From: Halarcobacter sp.
GTDB lineage: Bacteria > Campylobacterota > Campylobacteria > Campylobacterales > Arcobacteraceae
Assembly (NCBI GenBank): GCA_048571215.1
Contig: CP182352.1
Location: 544,001 to 608,000, forward strand
DNA: 64,000 nucleotides
Reading direction: 5' to 3'
Position numbers and translations under genes: made by a program. Below, in pieces: positions 29,291-39,804 of this stretch (the stretch's first letter is position 1; every line of letters begins with the position of its first letter). Under the pieces are notes generated by a model. The model had not been told where the DNA came from, did no database searches, and saw only the letters and a program-made list of their open reading frames with translations.

Positions 29291-32200
29291 ATGGCAAATA
29301 TAATTGGTGAAGTTCAAGTTGTAGATGGCAATTTAGAGATTATTGATAACAACGGTAATGTTATTGAGTTGGAAGATGGTCAAAAAATAAAGCTTGATGG
29401 GGATATAACTGCAACTGTTAGAAAATCAGATGGAGTTATTTCTTTAGTTAATGATGATGGAGATGTAATTAGTGTAAATGATGGGGATAGTATCATTTTG
29501 CAGGATAATTTAAACTCTATTTCATCAGATTCAACAATAAATGAAACTAATGTAGAAGCTGATACAAGAAATAAAGAAGAAGATGCAAATCAAAATGATA
29601 CAACTGATAAAAATAATTCAGCATCAACTTCTGATGGAAATGTGAAAGATTTAGATAATAAAGAAACTCCAACACAAGAAGTTCAACAAAATCAAAATGA
29701 GATTAAAGTTGAGACCACTATACCTGAAAATAATACTCCTATAGATGAAAATGATGTTTTACCAATAAATAATAAAGAAAAATTGCCACAGGGAACTACT
29801 GTAGAAGATTTAGGACAAGACAATACTTTAATTACTTTACCAACAGGAGAAGAGATTATTGTAAACAATCAAAATCCTTTGACAGTTGATAATACTGTAA
29901 CAACTGATAATCAAGATTTTCAAGATAATACTTTAGATAGTAATGTTTTAGATACTTTAACAAATACCTTAGGTAATGATGGAGAATTAGTTACAAATCA
30001 AAATGATGATAATAATACACCAGAAACAGAGGTACAATCAGATAGTTCACATACTAGAGTTTTAGATAGAAATGCTGATACTCTTGATGTTAAAGCTGAT
30101 TTAAGAGAAACTGTTAGCGAAAGGCTTGATAGTACTAATGTGCCACAGGAAGATGTTATAAGTTTTACATCTGCAGAAATCTCATTAGATGGAGAAAGTA
30201 TTGTAAAAGAAGGTAATGAAGTATCTTATACTTTAAATTTAAGTGAAACCCCTACTAGTAAAGTTTTTGTCGAGTTTAGTTTTAGTGGACAAGCTATAGA
30301 AAATGAAGATTATGCACCAGTTTACACAGTAGAGATACCAAGTGGAACAAAAGACTTTACTTTTAAAATACCTACAATAGATGATTATCTTAAAGAGGGT
30401 GATGAATCATTTACTATAAAAATTGTTAGTGTATCTGGTGGAGGCTTTGATGAATTAGAAATTGACCCAACAAAAGATTCTGTAATAACAACAATTTATG
30501 ATGCTGGTTCAACACCAGTAACTGACCCTGAAACCCCTGGAAGTGAAGATACAGTATATGTTCAATTAATACAAGATGACAATGCACAAGAAGTTGATGG
30601 AAGTACTTTAACACATAGAATTCAGCTTGTTGATAAAGACTCAAACCCTGTTAGTTTATCTACAAATAGTACAATAAAAGTTAATTTAACATATTCAAAT
30701 GATACAACAGAAAATGCAGATTTTACAACAAAAGTTTATACTATTGATATACCTGCAGGTTCGAGTTATGTTGATATAACTAATATAATTAAAGGTGATG
30801 ATATTTATGAACTTAGTGAATCATATACTTTGTCAATAGGCAGTGTTATAGATACTAATAGTAGTTACGAAAAATTAGAGATTGATTCATCAAATAGTGT
30901 TATAGGAACAATAAATGATGAGGATAAAGATGGGGATACTCCTTCAGATGATGAAGATGGAGATAAACCAGTAGTAAATATAGAAGCAACAGATAATGAT
31001 GCAGTAGAAGGGACAAGTAATAATAGCTTAGTATATACAGTAAGCCAAAATAATGTAAGTGAATTTGATACAACAGTAGATTTAAGTATGACATTAAATG
31101 AAGTAGAAGTAGAAGATATCACATCAATAGTATATACAGACTCAAATGGTAATGTAGTAACCTTAGATGATGCAACAGAGATAAATAACTTCGTAACAAA
31201 TGGAGCAGAATTAAAAATAGAAGCAGGAGATACAAGCGCACCAGAGATAACAATCACAATAGCAAATGATGCAATATATGAGAAATCAGAAGCTTTAAGT
31301 ATGAGTATTTCAAACGCAGTAAATGCAACAATAGGAACAGCAACAGATGGTGCAACAATCTATGATGAAGACTCAACAACACCAAGTAGCCCAACACCAC
31401 CAGATGAGCCAGGAACACCAAGTACTCCACCAACAGATGAAAGTGGAGATAAACCAGTAGTAAATATAGAAGCAACAGATAATGATGCAGTAGAAGGGAC
31501 AAGTAATAATAGCTTAGTATATACAGTAAGCCAAAATAATGTAAGTGAATTTGATACAACAGTAGATTTAAGTATGACATTAAATGAAGTAGAAGTAGAA
31601 GATATCACATCAATAGTATATACAGACTCAAATGGTAATGTAGTAACCTTAGATGATGCAACAGAGATAAATAACTTCGTAACAAATGGAGCAGAATTAA
31701 AAATAGAAGCAGGAGATACAAGCGCACCAGAGATAACAATCACAATAGCAAATGATGCAATATATGAGAAATCAGAAGCTTTAAGTATGAGTATTTCAAA
31801 CGCAGTAAATGCAACAATAGGAACAGCAACAGATGGTGCAACAATCTATGATGAAGACTCAACAACACCAAGTAGCCCAACACCACCAGATGAGCCAGGA
31901 ACACCAAGTACTCCACCAACAGATGAAAGTGGAGATAAACCAGTAGTAAATATAGAAGCAACAGATAATGATGCAGTAGAAGGGACAAGTAATAATAGCT
32001 TAGTATATACAGTAAGCCAAAATAATGTAAGTGAATTTGATACAACAGTAGATTTAAGTATGACATTAAATGAAGTAGAAGTAGAAGATATCACATCAAT
32101 AGTATATACAGACTCAAATGGTAATGTAGTAACCTTAGATGATGCAACAGAGATAAATAACTTCGTAACAAATGGAGCAGAATTAAAAATAGAAGCAGGA

Positions 32201-35200
32201 GATACAAGCGCACCAGAGATAACAATCACAATAGCAAATGATGCAATATATGAGAAATCAGAAGCTTTAAGTATGAGTATTTCAAACGCAGTAAATGCAA
32301 CAATAGGAACAGCAACAGATGGTGCAACAATCTATGATGAAGACTCAACAACACCAAGTAGCCCAACACCACCAGATGAGCCAGGAACACCAAGTACTCC
32401 ACCAACAGATGAAAGTGGAGATAAACCAGTAGTAAATATAGAAGCAACAGATAATGATGCAGTAGAAGGGACAAGTAATAATAGCTTAGTATATACAGTA
32501 AGCCAAAATAATGTAAGTGAATTTGATACAACAGTAGATTTAAGTATGACATTAAATGAAGTAGAAGTAGAAGATATCACATCAATAGTATATACAGACT
32601 CAAATGGTAATGTAGTAACCTTAGATGATGCAACAGAGATAAATAACTTCGTAACAAATGGAGCAGAATTAAAAATAGAAGCAGGAGATACAAGCGCACC
32701 AGAGATAACAATCACAATAGCAAATGATGCAATATATGAGAAATCAGAAGCTTTAAGTATGAGTATTTCAAACGCAGTAAATGCAACAATAGGAACAGCA
32801 ACAGATGGTGCAACAATCTATGATGAAGACTCAACAACACCAAGTAGCCCAACACCACCAGATGAGCCAGGAACACCAAGTACTCCACCAACAGATGAAA
32901 GTGGAGATAAACCAGTAGTAAATATAGAAGCAACAGATAATGATGCAGTAGAAGGGACAAGTAATAATAGCTTAGTATATACAGTAAGCCAAAATAATGT
33001 AAGTGAATTTGATACAACAGTAGATTTAAGTATGACATTAAATGAAGTAGAAGTAGAAGATATCACATCAATAGTATATACAGACTCAAATGGTAATGTA
33101 GTAACCTTAGATGATGCAACAGAGATAAATAACTTCGTAACAAATGGAGCAGAATTAAAAATAGAAGCAGGAGATACAAGCGCACCAGAGATAACAATCA
33201 CAATAGCAAATGATGCAATATATGAGAAATCAGAAGCTTTAAGTATGAGTATTTCAAACGCAGTAAATGCAACAATAGGAACAGCAACAGATGGTGCAAC
33301 AATCTATGATGAAGACTCAACAACACCAAGTAGCCCAACACCACCAGATGAGCCAGGAACACCAAGTACTCCACCAACAGATGAAAGTGGAGATAAACCA
33401 GTAGTAAATATAGAAGCAACAGATAATGATGCAGTAGAAGGGACAAGTAATAATAGCTTAGTATATACAGTAAGCCAAAATAATGTAAGTGAATTTGATA
33501 CAACAGTAGATTTAAGTATGACATTAAATGAAGTAGAAGTAGAAGATATCACATCAATAGTATATACAGACTCAAATGGTAATGTAGTAACCTTAGATGA
33601 TGCAACAGAGATAAATAACTTCGTAACAAATGGAGCAGAATTAAAAATAGAAGCAGGAGATACAAGCGCACCAGAGATAACAATCACAATAGCAAATGAT
33701 GCAATATATGAGAAATCAGAAGCTTTAAGTATGAGTATTTCAAACGCAGTAAATGCAACAATAGGAACAGCAACAGATGGTGCAACAATCTATGATGAAG
33801 ACTCAACAACACCAAGTAGCCCAACACCACCAGATGAGCCAGGAACACCAAGTACTCCACCAACAGATGAAAGTGGAGATAAACCAGTAGTAAATATAGA
33901 AGCAACAGATAATGATGCAGTAGAAGGGACAAGTAATAATAGCTTAGTATATACAGTAAGCCAAAATAATGTAAGTGAATTTGATACAACAGTAGATTTA
34001 AGTATGACATTAAATGAAGTAGAAGTAGAAGATATCACATCAATAGTATATACAGACTCAAATGGTAATGTAGTAACCTTAGATGATGCAACAGAGATAA
34101 ATAACTTCGTAACAAATGGAGCAGAATTAAAAATAGAAGCAGGAGATACAAGCGCACCAGAGATAACAATCACAATAGCAAATGATGCAATATATGAGAA
34201 ATCAGAAGCTTTAAGTATGAGTATTTCAAACGCAGTAAATGCAACAATAGGAACAGCAACAGATGGTGCAACAATCTATGATGAAGACTCAACAACACCA
34301 AGTAGCCCAACACCACCAGATGAGCCAGGAACACCAAGTACTCCACCAACAGATGAAAGTGGAGATAAACCAGTAGTAAATATAGAAGCAACAGATAATG
34401 ATGCAGTAGAAGGGACAAGTAATAATAGCTTAGTATATACAGTAAGCCAAAATAATGTAAGTGAATTTGATACAACAGTAGATTTAAGTATGACATTAAA
34501 TGAAGTAGAAGTAGAAGATATCACATCAATAGTATATACAGACTCAAATGGTAATGTAGTAACCTTAGATGATGCAACAGAGATAAATAACTTCGTAACA
34601 AATGGAGCAGAATTAAAAATAGAAGCAGGAGATACAAGCGCACCAGAGATAACAATCACAATAGCAAATGATGCAATATATGAGAAATCAGAAGCTTTAA
34701 GTATGAGTATTTCAAACGCAGTAAATGCAACAATAGGAACAGCAACAGATGGTGCAACAATCTATGATGAAGACTCAACAACACCAAGTAGCCCAACACC
34801 ACCAGATGAGCCAGGAACACCAAGTACTCCACCAACAGATGAAAGTGGAGATAAACCAGTAGTAAATATAGAAGCAACAGATAATGATGCAGTAGAAGGG
34901 ACAAGTAATAATAGCTTAGTATATACAGTAAGCCAAAATAATGTAAGTGAATTTGATACAACAGTAGATTTAAGTATGACATTAAATGAAGTAGAAGTAG
35001 AAGATATCACATCAATAGTATATACAGACTCAAATGGTAATGTAGTAACCTTAGATGATGCAACAGAGATAAATAACTTCGTAACAAATGGAGCAGAATT
35101 AAAAATAGAAGCAGGAGATACAAGCGCACCAGAGATAACAATCACAATAGCAAATGATGCAATATATGAGAAATCAGAAGCTTTAAGTATGAGTATTTCA

Positions 35201-38200
35201 AACGCAGTAAATGCAACAATAGGAACAGCAACAGATGGTGCAACAATCTATGATGAAGACTCAACAACACCAAGTAGCCCAACACCACCAGATGAGCCAG
35301 GAACACCAAGTACTCCACCAACAGATGAAAGTGGAGATAAACCAGTAGTAAATATAGAAGCAACAGATAATGATGCAGTAGAAGGGACAAGTAATAATAG
35401 CTTAGTATATACAGTAAGCCAAAATAATGTAAGTGAATTTGATACAACAGTAGATTTAAGTATGACATTAAATGAAGTAGAAGTAGAAGATATCACATCA
35501 ATAGTATATACAGACTCAAATGGTAATGTAGTAACCTTAGATGATGCAACAGAGATAAATAACTTCGTAACAAATGGAGCAGAATTAAAAATAGAAGCAG
35601 GAGATACAAGCGCACCAGAGATAACAATCACAATAGCAAATGATGCAATATATGAGAAATCAGAAGCTTTAAGTATGAGTATTTCAAACGCAGTAAATGC
35701 AACAATAGGAACAGCAACAGATGGTGCAACAATCTATGATGAAGACTCAACAACACCAAGTAGCCCAACACCACCAGATGAGCCAGGAACACCAAGTACT
35801 CCACCAACAGATGAAAGTGGAGATAAACCAGTAGTAAATATAGAAGCAACAGATAATGATGCAGTAGAAGGGACAAGTAATAATAGCTTAGTATATACAG
35901 TAAGCCAAAATAATGTAAGTGAATTTGATACAACAGTAGATTTAAGTATGACATTAAATGAAGTAGAAGTAGAAGATATCACATCAATAGTATATACAGA
36001 CTCAAATGGTAATGTAGTAACCTTAGATGATGCAACAGAGATAAATAACTTCGTAACAAATGGAGCAGAATTAAAAATAGAAGCAGGAGATACAAGCGCA
36101 CCAGAGATAACAATCACAATAGCAAATGATGCAATATATGAGAAATCAGAAGCTTTAAGTATGAGTATTTCAAACGCAGTAAATGCAACAATAGGAACAG
36201 CAACAGATGGTGCAACAATCTATGATGAAGACTCAACAACACCAAGTAGCCCAACACCACCAGATGAGCCAGGAACACCAAGTACTCCACCAACAGATGA
36301 AAGTGGAGATAAACCAGTAGTAAATATAGAAGCAACAGATAATGATGCAGTAGAAGGGACAAGTAATAATAGCTTAGTATATACAGTAAGCCAAAATAAT
36401 GTAAGTGAATTTGATACAACAGTAGATTTAAGTATGACATTAAATGAAGTAGAAGTAGAAGATATCACATCAATAGTATATACAGACTCAAATGGTAATG
36501 TAGTAACCTTAGATGATGCAACAGAGATAAATAACTTCGTAACAAATGGAGCAGAATTAAAAATAGAAGCAGGAGATACAAGCGCACCAGAGATAACAAT
36601 CACAATAGCAAATGATGCAATATATGAGAAATCAGAAGCTTTAAGTATGAGTATTTCAAACGCAGTAAATGCAACAATAGGAACAGCAACAGATGGTGCA
36701 ACAATCTATGATGAAGACTCAACAACACCAAGTAGCCCAACACCACCAGATGAGCCAGGAACACCAAGTACTCCACCAACAGATGAAAGTGGAGATATGC
36801 CTACTTTAAATGTAAGTGATGTAACTGTTACAGAGGGAACTGATTCTTATGCACAATTTACAGTAAGTTTATCAAATGAAAGTATTCAAGATGTTTCATT
36901 TAATCTAACATTATCTGATGTAACCGCTACAGGAACAGGTACAGATTATGGTAGTAATACAGCAACAAATATTCAAGTGTCTACTGATGGTGGAACAACT
37001 TGGACTAATGCAGCAAGTACAACTATTACTGCTGGAAATACATCTGTTTTAGTAAGAACACCAATTTTAAATGATCTTGATGTTGAGGCAGATGAGACTT
37101 TTAAATTAACTGCAACTGTAACTTCAGGAGATGTTATAAATACAACTAATCCTTTTGGTACTGGTACTATTATAGATAATGATACAAATGTATCAATTGG
37201 TACCCCAGATGATTCTTCTGTTGATGAGGATGATTTAAGTGATGGAAATGATACTTCAAAAGAGAGCTTGATTAAGACTGGTAGTTTAGATATTACAAGT
37301 GGTTCTGATAGTTTTGATACAACATTTAATTTAACTGATATAAATGGTAATTCTATAAGTGAAGGTGGAGATAGTGGATTAACTTCTGGTGGAAATACAG
37401 TTTATTATTATTTAGATGATACAAGCAAACAATTAACTGCATCAACTTCAAATACAGAAGGAGGGATCTTGGGTTCTAATACAGTATTTACTGTTTCTTT
37501 AAATAATACCACATCAAATAGTGCCTCATATGAGTTTGAATTAAAAGATGCAATTGATCATGTACCAGGAAATGGCGAAAATATAGAAACAATAGATTTT
37601 AAATTTACAACTGAACAAGATAATGGCTACAGTGAAAGTAAAACATTTAGTGTTAATGTAGTTGATGATGTACCAACAGTCTATGATAATAATGATTCAG
37701 TATTTATAGGACCAAAAACTACAAACTTGATATTAATACTTGATGCATCTGGAAGTATGGGATATGATTTTGCTCAAAATAGTGGAAGTTCTAATGAAAG
37801 ATTAAATGCAATGAAATCATCTGCTGAGGCTATGATTAACGGTTACTCTGATTTGGGAAATGTAAATGTTATGGTAACTTATTTTAGTGGAAGTAATATA
37901 GTTACTTTTACAGGTAGTGGGTCTATCACAAACACTCAAAATTCATTTGATCTTGCTACTAACAATGTATGGTTAGATTCTTCAACAGCAGTATCAAAGA
38001 TTGATACTATAAGTGCTAATAATAATACATATTATTCAGAGGCAATGGATAGAACATCTGAAGCTTTTACAAGAACATATGCTAATGGAGATACTCCTGA
38101 TGCTGATTTTACATATGTTTATTTTATGTCTGATGGTGATCCAACAGGTGGACATGAACCTACAAATTCTACAAAATGGGATGATTTTGTTAATTTAAAA

Positions 38201-39172
38201 GATTCTCAAGGTAATTATATAGTTGATGGAGTTGATGCAGTTGGAATAACTTCAAATGTTGCAACTTCACATTTAAATGTTGTCGCAGGAACTGATTCAG
38301 CTGATAGTTTAGGATTAGATAGGGATGGTGATGTTTATACTGTAACAAGTGCTGCAGAAATGGAAACTAAACTTCTTGGAGAAACAACAGTTACTATTGC
38401 AGGAAATATATTTACTGATGGAAACTTTACACTTATTGGAGAGGGTGCAGATGGGTCTTATGTTACTTCAATAGAGATTGGAGCTAAAACATATAGTTAT
38501 GATGGTACAACAATTAAAGATGAATTAAATGCTACAATTGGTTCTAATGGAGTGATGACTGATATTGATACCACTTTAACAGATGGTGTTAATGGAATAG
38601 GTTCAAAATTTGTGTCATTTAATTTTGAAACAGGGGAGTATTCATATAGAATTAATTCAACATTAGCAGGTAATGAATATAGTGAATCATTTAATACCAT
38701 TGTAAAAGATGGTGATGGGGATATCCAAACAAAAGATATTACATTAAAAATTAATACTATTGTTGATGGAACAACTGGTGATGATACTATGATGTTTGAT
38801 GATGTTATTTTAGATTTTAAAGCAGGTACAGATAGTTTAGTACTTGATAGTGGTATTGATTTAAATTTTGATACATCTGCATCTCAAATTGATAATGTGG
38901 AAAAAATAGATTTAAATTCAAATGGGGATCATACTTTAAATAATCTTGGAATTCAAGATCTTATTGATATAACAGATTCTAATAACGAACTACAAATATT
39001 AGGTAATTCTGGTGATACTGTAAATCTTAAAAATGCAGATGGTGGTAATTGGACTGATTCAGGAATCAATGAAACAATTGATGGTCAAGATTATGATATA
39101 TATACAAAATCTGGTGATAGTACAGCAGTTACACTAAAGATAGACCAAGATATAAACACAAATATAATATAA
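29291..39172 (+). CDS. Giant LapA/BapA-like T1SS adhesin (retention-module-like N-terminus, Calx-beta-like repeats, VWA domain, T1SS C-terminus)
   Basis: AGGAG RBS at 29279 favours ATG 29291 over 29273. Calx-beta-like domains; 12 repeats; VWA MIDAS LILDASGSM ~37730 and FMSDGDP; C-terminal DNVEKIDL-type tail; Lap-like T1SS downstream. Confidence 0.9.
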   Translation: MANIIGEVQVVDGNLEIIDNNGNVIELEDGQKIKLDGDITATVRKSDGVISLVNDDGDVISVNDGDSIILQDNLNSISSDSTINETNVEADTRNKEEDANQNDTTDKNNSASTSDGNVKDLDNKETPTQEVQQNQNEIKVETTIPENNTPIDENDVLPINNKEKLPQGTTVEDLGQDNTLITLPTGEEIIVNNQNPLTVDNTVTTDNQDFQDNTLDSNVLDTLTNTLGNDGELVTNQNDDNNTPETEVQSDSSHTRVLDRNADTLDVKADLRETVSERLDSTNVPQEDVISFTSAEISLDGESIVKEGNEVSYTLNLSETPTSKVFVEFSFSGQAIENEDYAPVYTVEIPSGTKDFTFKIPTIDDYLKEGDESFTIKIVSVSGGGFDELEIDPTKDSVITTIYDAGSTPVTDPETPGSEDTVYVQLIQDDNAQEVDGSTLTHRIQLVDKDSNPVSLSTNSTIKVNLTYSNDTTENADFTTKVYTIDIPAGSSYVDITNIIKGDDIYELSESYTLSIGSVIDTNSSYEKLEIDSSNSVIGTINDEDKDGDTPSDDEDGDKPVVNIEATDNDAVEGTSNNSLVYTVSQNNVSEFDTTVDLSMTLNEVEVEDITSIVYTDSNGNVVTLDDATEINNFVTNGAELKIEAGDTSAPEITITIANDAIYEKSEALSMSISNAVNATIGTATDGATIYDEDSTTPSSPTPPDEPGTPSTPPTDESGDKPVVNIEATDNDAVEGTSNNSLVYTVSQNNVSEFDTTVDLSMTLNEVEVEDITSIVYTDSNGNVVTLDDATEINNFVTNGAELKIEAGDTSAPEITITIANDAIYEKSEALSMSISNAVNATIGTATDGATIYDEDSTTPSSPTPPDEPGTPSTPPTDESGDKPVVNIEATDNDAVEGTSNNSLVYTVSQNNVSEFDTTVDLSMTLNEVEVEDITSIVYTDSNGNVVTLDDATEINNFVTNGAELKIEAGDTSAPEITITIANDAIYEKSEALSMSISNAVNATIGTATDGATIYDEDSTTPSSPTPPDEPGTPSTPPTDESGDKPVVNIEATDNDAVEGTSNNSLVYTVSQNNVSEFDTTVDLSMTLNEVEVEDITSIVYTDSNGNVVTLDDATEINNFVTNGAELKIEAGDTSAPEITITIANDAIYEKSEALSMSISNAVNATIGTATDGATIYDEDSTTPSSPTPPDEPGTPSTPPTDESGDKPVVNIEATDNDAVEGTSNNSLVYTVSQNNVSEFDTTVDLSMTLNEVEVEDITSIVYTDSNGNVVTLDDATEINNFVTNGAELKIEAGDTSAPEITITIANDAIYEKSEALSMSISNAVNATIGTATDGATIYDEDSTTPSSPTPPDEPGTPSTPPTDESGDKPVVNIEATDNDAVEGTSNNSLVYTVSQNNVSEFDTTVDLSMTLNEVEVEDITSIVYTDSNGNVVTLDDATEINNFVTNGAELKIEAGDTSAPEITITIANDAIYEKSEALSMSISNAVNATIGTATDGATIYDEDSTTPSSPTPPDEPGTPSTPPTDESGDKPVVNIEATDNDAVEGTSNNSLVYTVSQNNVSEFDTTVDLSMTLNEVEVEDITSIVYTDSNGNVVTLDDATEINNFVTNGAELKIEAGDTSAPEITITIANDAIYEKSEALSMSISNAVNATIGTATDGATIYDEDSTTPSSPTPPDEPGTPSTPPTDESGDKPVVNIEATDNDAVEGTSNNSLVYTVSQNNVSEFDTTVDLSMTLNEVEVEDITSIVYTDSNGNVVTLDDATEINNFVTNGAELKIEAGDTSAPEITITIANDAIYEKSEALSMSISNAVNATIGTATDGATIYDEDSTTPSSPTPPDEPGTPSTPPTDESGDKPVVNIEATDNDAVEGTSNNSLVYTVSQNNVSEFDTTVDLSMTLNEVEVEDITSIVYTDSNGNVVTLDDATEINNFVTNGAELKIEAGDTSAPEITITIANDAIYEKSEALSMSISNAVNATIGTATDGATIYDEDSTTPSSPTPPDEPGTPSTPPTDESGDKPVVNIEATDNDAVEGTSNNSLVYTVSQNNVSEFDTTVDLSMTLNEVEVEDITSIVYTDSNGNVVTLDDATEINNFVTNGAELKIEAGDTSAPEITITIANDAIYEKSEALSMSISNAVNATIGTATDGATIYDEDSTTPSSPTPPDEPGTPSTPPTDESGDKPVVNIEATDNDAVEGTSNNSLVYTVSQNNVSEFDTTVDLSMTLNEVEVEDITSIVYTDSNGNVVTLDDATEINNFVTNGAELKIEAGDTSAPEITITIANDAIYEKSEALSMSISNAVNATIGTATDGATIYDEDSTTPSSPTPPDEPGTPSTPPTDESGDKPVVNIEATDNDAVEGTSNNSLVYTVSQNNVSEFDTTVDLSMTLNEVEVEDITSIVYTDSNGNVVTLDDATEINNFVTNGAELKIEAGDTSAPEITITIANDAIYEKSEALSMSISNAVNATIGTATDGATIYDEDSTTPSSPTPPDEPGTPSTPPTDESGDMPTLNVSDVTVTEGTDSYAQFTVSLSNESIQDVSFNLTLSDVTATGTGTDYGSNTATNIQVSTDGGTTWTNAASTTITAGNTSVLVRTPILNDLDVEADETFKLTATVTSGDVINTTNPFGTGTIIDNDTNVSIGTPDDSSVDEDDLSDGNDTSKESLIKTGSLDITSGSDSFDTTFNLTDINGNSISEGGDSGLTSGGNTVYYYLDDTSKQLTASTSNTEGGILGSNTVFTVSLNNTTSNSASYEFELKDAIDHVPGNGENIETIDFKFTTEQDNGYSESKTFSVNVVDDVPTVYDNNDSVFIGPKTTNLILILDASGSMGYDFAQNSGSSNERLNAMKSSAEAMINGYSDLGNVNVMVTYFSGSNIVTFTGSGSITNTQNSFDLATNNVWLDSSTAVSKIDTISANNNTYYSEAMDRTSEAFTRTYANGDTPDADFTYVYFMSDGDPTGGHEPTNSTKWDDFVNLKDSQGNYIVDGVDAVGITSNVATSHLNVVAGTDSADSLGLDRDGDVYTVTSAAEMETKLLGETTVTIAGNIFTDGNFTLIGEGADGSYVTSIEIGAKTYSYDGTTIKDELNATIGSNGVMTDIDTTLTDGVNGIGSKFVSFNFETGEYSYRINSTLAGNEYSESFNTIVKDGDGDIQTKDITLKINTIVDGTTGDDTMMFDDVILDFKAGTDSLVLDSGIDLNFDTSASQIDNVEKIDLNSNGDHTLNNLGIQDLIDITDSNNELQILGNSGDTVNLKNADGGNWTDSGINETIDGQDYDIYTKSGDSTAVTLKIDQDINTNII
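30959..36790 (+). repeat. 12 tandem, apparently identical 486-bp (162-aa) units (Calx-beta-like domain plus Pro/Thr/Ser linker)
   Basis: GGAGATAAACCAGTAG recurs every 486 bp from 30959; unit 13 diverges just after 36791. Confidence 0.95.
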
Positions 39173-39193
39173 TAACAAACTTAGGAGTTTTTG

Positions 39194-39796
39194 ATGAATT
39201 TGAAAAGAGTAGTAGCTTTATCAGTTTTAGGGTTAACGGTTAGTTTAAATGCGAGTTTTATTTCAGCAATTAGTGGAAATGATACAACAGTAGAAAACGA
39301 GGTAAAACCAAGAGGTGTGATTGTTAAACAAGATATAGATGGTGATGGTATCATTGATAGTGAAGATGATTGCCTTGAAACAAACCCTTGTGGTAAAGAA
39401 GGCTGTGTAAAGCCCACAGAAGTTCCTAAAACTAAAATAGTAGAGGATAAGATTAAAATAACTGAACTAAATGTATTTTTTGATGTAGATGAATATGTGA
39501 TAAAAGAAGATTTTATTGAAAAAATTAAACAATTAATTGGGTTTTTAGATAAGAATCAAAACAACAAAGTGTTAATTAAAGGTTATGCAGATAGTGATGG
39601 AACAAATGTACATAACATGGAATTATCAAAAAATAGAGCAAATGCTGTAAAAAATTATATTTTGAATAACAGCAAAATTGATGAAAGTAGAATAAGTACT
39701 GAGTGGTATGGGGAGGAAAAACCATTTAATGATAATGTAACAGAAAAACAAAAAGAACAAAATAGAAGAGTTATTGTAATTTTAAATAATAAATAG
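39194..39796 (+). CDS. OmpA-family peptidoglycan-binding protein with Ca-binding DxDGDG repeat
   Basis: Signal peptide; DIDGDGIIDSEDDC; GYADSDG, NMELSKNRANAVK, NRRV OmpA-C motifs. Confidence 0.88.
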   Translation: MNLKRVVALSVLGLTVSLNASFISAISGNDTTVENEVKPRGVIVKQDIDGDGIIDSEDDCLETNPCGKEGCVKPTEVPKTKIVEDKIKITELNVFFDVDEYVIKEDFIEKIKQLIGFLDKNQNNKVLIKGYADSDGTNVHNMELSKNRANAVKNYILNNSKIDESRISTEWYGEEKPFNDNVTEKQKEQNRRVIVILNNK

Positions 39797-39804
39797 ATAG
39801 TTAA

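Noticed and set aside
30426..36603. Repeated 108-aa and 127-aa minus-strand ORFs
   Set aside because: Antisense shadows of the 486-bp adhesin repeat caused by biased codon use.
30959..36790. CRISPR-like array
   Set aside because: Units are 486 bp, in-frame coding and have no unique spacers; no cas genes.
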